Below, in pieces: positions 55,666 through 64,000 of a stretch of 64,000 nucleotides of DNA; the first letter of the stretch is position 1, and every line of letters begins with the position of its first letter. The DNA is from Phaeosaccion multiseriatum. Taxonomy: Eukaryota; Protista; Ochrophyta, other classes. Where the stretch lies: positions 4,898,001-4,962,000 of the forward strand of contig OZ218951.1 in assembly GCA_965112735.1 (NCBI GenBank), written 5' to 3'. Both the position numbers and the translations under genes were made by a program. A model generated the notes under the pieces. It ran no database searches, was not told the origin of the DNA, and was given only the letters and a program-made list of their open reading frames with translations.

Positions 55666-57060
55666 ATATTTCAACGAGACATCCACTGCAGACAGACAGA
55701 CAGACAGACAGACCGACCGACAGACAGACAGACCGACAGACAGACATACAGACAGACAGACAGACAGACAGGCAGGCAGACAGGCAGACAGACCGACAGA
55801 CAGACAGACAGACAGGCAGGCAGACAGACCGACAGACAGACAGACAAGAGAGACACACAAACGTACCCTCTCTGCGCCCTCTGCCCAGCACACGCTCCTC
55901 ACGGGGCCTTTGTGGTGGTACGTTACGAGGTCCTTTCCCGTCTCCACCTCCCATAACCGGCACGTGGCATCCGCGGACGCTGTCAGTAACCGCGTTGAGT
56001 CCCCTGATGCACAGATGGTTTTGTATGTGAGAGAGAGAGAAAGCGACGAATCATATTCGGCGTGTTGATGGGAAAGAGAGAGAAAAAAGAGGGAGGAACG
56101 TTCGTCAGAGGGAGGGAGGGACGGAGGGAGGGAGGAGGCAAGTCCATCTTGCTGCTGGCCCTGGCCAAGCTCGTCCTTCTCCTGAATATCTTTGCCCCCT
56201 CGTGACCTTCTTCCCCTCTCCTTCCATTGAGACCCCATCGCGGCATACTCGGGCATCCCCCTTCTCCTTCGTTTTGTTCACAGCCCACTCAGACCACGTA
56301 CTTAAAACACCCTCTTCCCTCTCTCTCTCCTCTCTCTATCCCCCCCCACTCTTTATCCTCTCCCCCCTCACTCTTTATCCTCTGCATCTCTCTCTCGTTC
56401 TGCCCACTCACATGACACGTCCATGTCCCAGACAGCCCCATTGTGCCCATTGTACGTGCCACACCTCTCTCCAGTGTCTGCAAACCACAGCGTAGGGATC
56501 TGATCCTTGGCTGCAGTAAAGATTAAGTCGCCATCGTTATTGTAGATGACACATGTGATGGACCGCTCGTGGCCCTTCAGCAGGATGGGCCGCTGGAGGG
56601 TTGGAAGACGGGCAGAGGAACAGGACGGGGGAAGCCGCGGAGAGGGGTGCCGCAGCAGCAGCAGCAGGAGCAGGGCAGCAACAAAGGAACAGGGGCGTAA
56701 TAAGCGAGAGCAAGACGGCAATAGAGTCTCGGCAGAGCTCCCGTTAAGCAGTGAAGCAACCTAAAGTCAAAGGTAACTTCGTCCTTCCACCACAGTGGTA
56801 CTGTTGTCTGTCGAGTCCTCAATCAATCGTTCACGCCACAGGGAGAAACAGAAAGACGCGCACCCCGTCTCTCCTTCCTCTAGCTATATTTTCACACCCT
56901 GCTCGTATGGGGTGGCTGCTGATGCATTTTTTCATGTGCTGCTACCCCGACTCTTCCTCTTCTCCCCCGCCCCCCCTTTGATCCTCAAAAATCCTTCCCC
57001 AGCTTGCTGTGGCTGCGTCCCATGCAAAAGAGGGCATTGAGCCGCACAAGCACTCACCAT
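53508..57060 (-). CDS. EIF3I: Eukaryotic translation initiation factor 3 subunit I (WD40)
   Basis: ATG-only first coding exon (57060-57058|gtgag), then [27 protein letters not shown]; [11 protein letters not shown]; TERPVNAA; [19 protein letters not shown]; [18 protein letters not shown]; [14 protein letters not shown]. Last exon 53573-53508 reads [21 protein letters not shown]. Confidence 0.97.
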
Positions 57061-57311
57061 AACTAACGTCCAACTATATTATAGAACTAACGCTGTATCT
57101 CTCTCCCTACTACTACGCGGAAGCTATCTAAATCGAACTGCGGCTGCGCTGCCCTCCATTCAGCCCCCCGGGGGAAGTATGTCAAGGATCGATTATGTCA
57201 AGGAATTCCGCAGGTGATCGTGTGAGATCATAAGGGGAAAAAGAAAAAAAGAAACGCCCTCACACCACCACCAGTTCTCCCTCCAAACAGCAGCAAGATG
57301 CGCCCATTTCA

Positions 57312-58921
57312 TCATGCCATCTCCTCCGCCACCTCCTGCAGCACCTCAGGGCTAACCTCTCTCTGCGACACCTTCAGCCTCCCTTCCTTGCCAAAGAGAA
57401 GGTCAGTGCCCCGCATCAGGTCCAACGCGCTTTGTGACGCAAAGTGCTGCCTGTCCGCGGCCAGAAGGAACTCAACAAGTGCAAAGTGGAACCTTCGGGC
57501 AAAAAACAGAGCCTTTGCCAGTGAGGCCCCTCCAGACAGCAGCTCCAGCGCCACCCCGCTGTGGCCGTATTTAGCCGCACCAACCAAAGGCGTGTCGGGG
57601 TAGGGACTGCCCTCACTGTCAGGATCAGCCCCCGCAGACAGCAGCACACGGACCACTGCATCATGGCCATTCGCAGCAGCAAACAGCAGAGCTGTGTGCC
57701 CCTCAGTAGTCCGCATCTCCACATCGGCCCCTCCTGAGATGAGCTCCTCCACGACGCGAGCATGGCCTTCCTGAGACGCCAAGTGTATCGCTCCATACCC
57801 GTGGCCACTGATCGCATTCACCTCTGCCCCAGCCCTGAGCAGCTTCCGCACAATGCTTCTGTGCCCTTCCATAGACGCTATCACCAACGCTGTCCACCCA
57901 TTTTCACCATTATGGCTTTCGAGGTCAGCGCCGGCTGTGATGAGCTGATCCACCACAATGCCATGTCCTTGCTCGCTTGCCGCGGCAAGCGGCCAGTGTC
58001 TGCCGCGAACTCCCAAATTCGCATCTGCGCCAAAGGTCAACAGCAGCTGCGTGACCCTGTGATGTCCGCGTGCTGCGGCCATAAACAGGGCGGTGATGCC
58101 GTCAATATTTCTTTCATCCACGTGGTCGGGATTCGCGTTGGCCGAGAGCAGCTGCTGCGCCACGGCATGACTATCGACCTCTGCACCTGCCGATAGTAGC
58201 TGCTGCACCACCGCATGATGCCCTTCCTGGGAGGCCAATACCAAGGCCGTAACGCCTCCGGAATCTGTCTTATCGACCTCCGCGCCGGCTGAGAGCAGCT
58301 GCCGGACCACTCTTTCATGTCCTTGATCTGAGGCTGTATGGGGGAGCAACGCCGTATCGCCATCGGCGAAGTCCACGGCGGCGCCCGCAGAGAGCAGCTT
58401 GTGCACCAGCACAACGGCCCCAGCAGAGGAGGCCACCATGAGAGCCGTAAGTCCGCCGCTCGCTACTGCATTGACGTCAGCACCAGCAGAGAGGAGCTGT
58501 TGCATAACAGAAGCATCTTCTCTAACACAGGCAGCATGCAAAGCAGTGACGCCATTTGATGGGTTCACACTTTTCAGTGACGCCCCCTCTTGCAGCAAAA
58601 GAGCAATGATATCACCCCTCCCCTCTCCCACCGCTAAGTGCAGGGGAGGATACCCTTTCTCATCGAGGGGCTCGTCCAAGCATGCCCTCCTCCCTCCGTT
58701 TATAGCGACGAGAGCCCGCACGGCCGTCTGCACCTTTTTGACGCTCTGGCCGCTCATGATGGCATCACCAAGGCGGGAAGCCTGTGATCAGACAAAACAG
58801 CAGGGACAAAGGAAGGAAACAAGAGGGTATGACTTGTTGGTCTCCCACGGGAAACGGGGAGGGAATGAATTCAAGAAGTTTTTTCCATCTCCCTAACCTC
58901 GATACTGCCGACCCACTGCAT
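57312..58921 (-). CDS. Ankyrin-repeat protein ANK-B, paralogue of ANK-A (exons 58921-58898 and 58781-57312)
   Basis: First exon MQWVGSIE|gttag with the same intron position as ANK-A; collinear repeats; near-identical C-terminal tail. Confidence 0.92.
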
Positions 58922-59192
58922 GGTGATAGATACTGTGGCGGTGTGGAAGAAGGGGTGGGCAGGTGTAGTTAGCAGGCAGTGGTCCTACAAATCAGGTGGA
59001 GGAGAGAGAGAAACGAGAGAAACGTTATGTCAGTGACCTCTCTTCCTTCTCCTTCTTGTTTTGTTTCCTTCCCTTCATACTATACGCTAGTAGCGAGGAG
59101 CCCGCCCCCCTCCCCCCGAAGGTTCAGCTTGTGTGTTGTTTGTTCCCACGACATCCTCCAGCTTGATTTGAAAGCGCAGAAGTTCAAAAGGA

Positions 59193-60974
59193 ATGCCGCG
59201 CGTCCCTCGTGGGGCGTATGGGGGAAGGCGAGGAAGAGGGCGGGGTCAGGGATCCGAAATGCGCTTCCTCCTCCTCGTCGCCAAGCTCCTCGCCGAGATC
59301 AATAGGCTCCCGTACAAGCCCTTCGTCACGCTGGCGCTCATGGCCTTCATGTCAGGGGTCTACTTCGAGCCCGTTCTGAACCTCGTTCCGGAGTGGTCTT
59401 ACTGGCTCAATCCGCAGCAGGTGTGATATCAGTTCGATAGGTAGAGTGCGAAGGGGGTTAGAGAGCTGGTGTGCACATGCGCTCTATCTATCGACTCAAG
59501 TGTCCTGTGTGCGCGTCTCATGTTGGCCATGTTCGATAGAGCGAATCATAGAGCTAAGGATTTTACCACGTGGCGTCTCTTATTCTATAGAGCTAATCTT
59601 TACTCCCTTCGATGATGTGTCTCTGTCGCAGGTGTGCATCAAGCCCGACGTCATGGTGGAGGAGTGGCGGAGCTCTGGCTATCTGGACGTGTGGCGCTTC
59701 ATCGGCTCGGCCTTTGTGCACGGAGACGAGATGCATCTCTACTACAACATGTCCTCCTTCTTGTACAAGGGCGTCTCACTGGAACTGCCCATGGACAGCA
59801 GCGCAGCCTACGCAGGCATGATCGCCATCCTTCTGCTGCTCACACAGACACTGTACATGGTGCTCTCCTATGCAATGCTGCTGGTGGGGCAGGGGCAGAC
59901 GTATCACAGCTGTGCCGTCGGCTTTTCGGGCGTTCTCTTCGCGCTTAAATACATTCTCTATAGCAGGGTAAGTACATGCATTGGGACAAACAGGGGCCCT
60001 CTTGCTGTAGCACGGTGCTGTAAAGCTGTCGCATGTACACCATGTGTATGATGCGCCGTGTACGCACACGAACACGAACACACACACACACACACAACCC
60101 CTCCCTGCTACGTGTCATACCCATCCCACGTCAATCCCATTGCTCTTGCCCTCCCTGCTACCCTCTGTACCCCATCCCACTTCGCTCCCCTACTGAGAGC
60201 CCACCCGCCTCTGCCCCTGCACGCACGCCCGCTCTCTGTCTGTTCTCTCTCTCCCTCTTCCTTCTCCCTCTCCCTCTCTCTCTCTTTCTTTCGCTGTGTA
60301 TTCTCTCTCTCCCTCTCTCTCTCTCCTCTCTCTCTCGGTCTGTTCTCTCCCTCCCTCTCCCTCTCTCTCCCTCTCCTTCTCCCTCCCCTCCCCCCCCTCT
60401 CTCTCTCTGTGTGTATGCGTGTGTGTGGTGCTGCCGTGTGCACCACCGTACCCCCGCACCATACCCCACACCATACCATACTATACCACCACACCACACC
60501 ACACGGCACCCTCACCACACCCACCGCATACCCTCACAGGCTCCTCCCGGCAACAGCAAGATCGTGTACGGTTTCCGTGTGTCTCTGGCCCATGCGGCGT
60601 GGGCGGAGCTCATCGCTATACACCTCCTCGTTCCGAATGCGAGCTTCGCAGGCCACCTCTGCGGCATCCTAGCGGGAATTATTTACGAAAAAGTGGGCCT
60701 CTTGCGCGAGTTTGTTCAATTGCTGGGCGCCGTACGGAAACCGGGTGGTGGTGGTGGTAGTGGTGGGGGGGGCACTCGATACACCTACACCACCGGCACA
60801 GCCGCCGCCGCACCACGGCAACAGCAGCAGCCACAGCAGCAGCAGCAGCAGTGGACCTCCCCAGCTGTTCCCATCCCCTCTGCCCCTCCCGCTTCTGCTG
60901 CCCCCAGCGCGGAGGCGGACCGAGCATCCGAGGAGATTGCTGTCGCAGAGGCTATCCGGCTTTCACTTCTCGAT

Positions 60975-61024
<50 letters not shown>

Positions 61025-61178
61025 GCAGCACGACGTCATTAGACTGCCTTCTGCTGATGAGGATGACAACATCGTCTTTGTCGAGCCTCCATACACCGAC
61101 GGTGACCCGTCTGCTGCTGCTCCTACTTCAGCGGCTGAGACTCTACGAAGGCGGAGGGTTGAGCGCTTTGCTTCATGA
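59193..61178 (+). CDS. RHBDD1: Rhomboid protease, RHBDD1/RHBDL4-like, with a C-terminal UIM-like motif and a putative p97/VCP-binding motif (3 exons)
   Basis: KPFVTL; WRFIGSAFVHGDEMHLYYNMSS; CAVGFSGVLF (catalytic Ser); WAELIAIHLLVPNASFAGHLCGILAG (catalytic His); SEEIAVAEAIRLSLLD; ETLRRRRVERF. Confidence 0.88.
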
Positions 61179-61915
61179 TTGGAGTGAGTGAAGTGTGAAG
61201 TGTGGTGCGAAGGGTGCCCAGCCAGGATTGGGTGATGAGTGAGCACTGCTGCACGTGGCATCCCAGTTTGAGTTTCGCCGTGGAGAAGGAGCCAAGCAGC
61301 AAGGGGGGCGGGACACACATCAAAATACTCACACGTAAAGTACCAGGCCGTTAGGGATGGCCTGAGTCGAGGATAAGAACAAGGACGGGAAGGGCGGCCA
61401 TTGGACATGTAAGATACAGATACAGATAAGAGGGGGCTGAGAAGGGGGGGGGGGGGGATGGTGGGGTAGGTGGGAGGAGACGGTGGAGAGGAGTTCATTC
61501 CCCGAAAGACACGAAAGACACGAAAGACAAAGTTGAGGGAGAGGGTATGTGTGTAAAGGTAGAAGGCGGGTGGGCGGGTGATGGTGGGGAGGGGAGGAAT
61601 CATTCCCCTCGGTGGGGCGTCCGCGGAGGCTCGTAAAAGGGATTGACGATAGCGTGGTTCCTCCCTTTGTACACTGATTTGTATATACGATGCAAGGTAT
61701 AAACTGGTGAATAGCATAACATAGAATGTGTGTGATGGGAGGCTTCCCTTCGCCTCTCTCTCTCTCCTCTCTTCGCTACCGCTCCGGGGGTTGACGACGA
61801 CACTCTGAAGTGAGTTGAGATGTGAAAAGCAAAGCACTTGGACCAAAGGGAGGACAGAGAGGGGAGGGGTGAGACGCCAGTTTCAGTTCCCGCTCCAGCC
61901 AAGAAAGGACGAGTG

Positions 61916-61973
<58 letters not shown>

Positions 61974-62566
61974 CAGCAGCTGTTTCATAGGCCATGTGTT
62001 GCGTGGTACAGGGGCAAGGTATGCCTCATCTTCACACGAGCTTGCAGTGCAGTGCAGTCACAGGAGGGAGGCGGTCCATCTCTCTCTCTTGTGCGTCTGT
62101 GATCGAACGCCCAGAGGGCAAGAGGGGCCGCCCAGGGTGGGGACACTTGACCAACCTAAGGGGAGAAATTGAGTCTGGGTACGTGGATGGGGAGCTCATC
62201 GCACACACCCACGCTCTCAATCACTGGATGACTCACCAACACTCTCACTTAACTCACGCACTCTCACGGATGTAGGCACAGATCGGCCTATTGGAGGGGA
62301 TTTGATGATTGAAAAGGGCCCGCAAGCAAACGTTGGCCTTGGGATGGACGCAAGCGTGTTCGCATGTCGGCAAGAGAGGACAATAACTTGTGTATATTTA
62401 TTATGACCCTGGGCACGTATGCAACACATGCATCAGCACTTCCTACACCTTCCCATATACATACATACAGCGTGAGCGAGTCGCTCTGCCATGGGACAGC
62501 AACACCTGCGTGCATGGCATGATCTGCCCCTTTCCCTCCCCCTCCCCCTGCCCCCTCCTCCCACTG

Positions 62567-64000
62567 CTACCCCGCCCCCCCCTCTCTCCTCCTTCTCTCC
62601 CTCATCCTCTGCGCCACGCCCCTCCGCCACTCACTCGCCCGGACCGCCGCCCTCAGCACCGCGGCAGGCAAGCGCCCCACCACCGCATTCATCGCCCGCT
62701 CCCCCAGCAGGGAGGTGTGGCCCCAAGCCGTCCGGACAGGGGCAGGGACCAGCCTCGGCAGCAGCGTTCCACCGACCCCACAGCGGCCGAGGGCAGGCAC
62801 ACCGCCGATGTCGTAGTGTTGAGAATCGGAGCCGCCTAGCACCCTTCTGCAGCGACTCGCGTTGACCCACATAACCTTCCTCGAGTTGGTGGTGACTACA
62901 TTGGTGAGCAGCAAGCTCGTGCCCCGCACCTTCCTCACATAGGTCTGCAGCCATGCGCCCTTGACGTGGGCCCCTGTGCACCATACCTCCACCACGTCCC
63001 TGGCCATTAGGTCTGTGCTGATACGAGAGCCGTCAACGGGCCAGCGCAGCCTCGATCGAGTCACTTCCTCGTCCCAGCGCCGGTCCCATCCCGGGTAGTG
63101 GACAGAGAACCGGCGCTCTCCGGCCACCTCTGATTTGCCCACAATCTTGGCCTCCCACCAGCTCACGCCTGTGAAGATGTCCAAGCTCTCGAGGCGGAAA
63201 TTGCCCCTCCAGCATACCTCCTGTGGGTGTGAGTGGGTGTGGTGGTGGTGAGGGGGGGGCAGGGGGGAGTTTGTTTAGGTTGTGATGGGGGTGGAAGAGG
63301 GGGGTGCATACATGCACTGGGGAATGGATTCCTGTCATCGATTCACTCACCACATTGTCGCCCAGCAGAGGGTCGTCGTGCCTCTCCTTGAACTCCTTCT
63401 TCACCTTCCCCACGTTTCTTCTGCTAATCCCGTGGCTGGGGGCTACTCCTCCCCTTCCTGACGACGTCATCGCTGTGTGTGCCCCACTGGGCTCTGCTTC
63501 ACTGGATTTGGGAGGATGCCCACCGAAGCGCCGAGCGTACCACCACCGCCACAGCACGTCTGAGCCGGCAAGGTCCCGCCACTCGCGACAGACGGAGGCC
63601 GACTGCAGCCAGGAGAGGCGGAACAAGAATGCGGAAAAAAAAAGAAAGTTAGCGCAAAGACCGAAGAAGCTTTCTCCACATTCTTCCTTCTCACCTGAGC
63701 CGTGTCCGCCATTGGCAAGAAAGACATGGCGAAGATGATGAGCGGACAAGGCAGCTTCCTGATCCCCTGCGCTGCTCCTGTCTTCCCCTGACACAGGAAA
63801 GATGAAGGAAGAAAAACTCGGGACGTTAGTGTGTGAGCAGGTACGTATGAGGGAGCATCGACAATAGGGGCGGGGAGACAGCTGTGGCAGGAGCAGAGAA
63901 GGCCCTGGACAAGACTGTCGACCGCGCCCCACCAGCGCCGTCCTTTATAGAGGATGAAAGAGTCTCGCACCCCTCCACGGCACCACGCCCATCAGGTGGG
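62567..64000 (-). CDS. F-box protein with tandem Tudor/Agenet-like (Royal family) domains; the 5' end probably lies beyond the window and the 3' end is uncertain
   Basis: IRKLPCPLIIFAMSFLPMADTAQ|SASVCREWRDLA..DVLW (F-box); GDNV|EVCWRG..WWEAKIV..FSVHYPGWDRRWDEEV (Tudor-knot-like); DVVEVWC..GAWLQTYVRKV (Agenet-like). Confidence 0.7.

Overview
Intron-rich eukaryotic nuclear DNA full of microsatellites. The likely source is a photosynthetic stramenopile alga; this is an inference from gene content and intron style and cannot be proven here. I reconstructed about 14 spliced genes by hand. In order: the 3' end of an M50/RseP-type protease; two tandem copies of a secreted VWA + Pro/Thr stalk + Cys-rich-module protein built from duplicated symmetric exons; an acidic hypothetical protein; a TM + J-like protein; an amino-acid permease; a fused methylthioribose-1-P isomerase/methylthioribose kinase (MtnA-MtnK); a centrin-like EF-hand protein; ankyrin gene ANK-A; a PH-domain sterol glucosyltransferase; glycine decarboxylase P protein; eIF3i; a second ankyrin paralogue (ANK-B, inverted, about 22 kb from ANK-A); an RHBDD1-like rhomboid; and an F-box + Tudor/Agenet protein. 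The strongest signal is two independent pairs of putative recognition proteins whose differences fall on their predicted ligand-binding faces. The ankyrin pair differs at whole codons in the helix-1/hairpin groove and shares a near-identical 3' tail. The VWA pair differs in loops of the MIDAS face and in exon-module copy number. Both patterns suggest diversifying recognition repertoires. Other notable features are the MtnA-MtnK fusion, a 44-bp minisatellite in front of a catalytic 28-nt micro-exon, and introns with G-rich 5' and C-rich 3' halves and frequent AAG acceptors. All exon boundaries were read by eye and are not transcript-confirmed.
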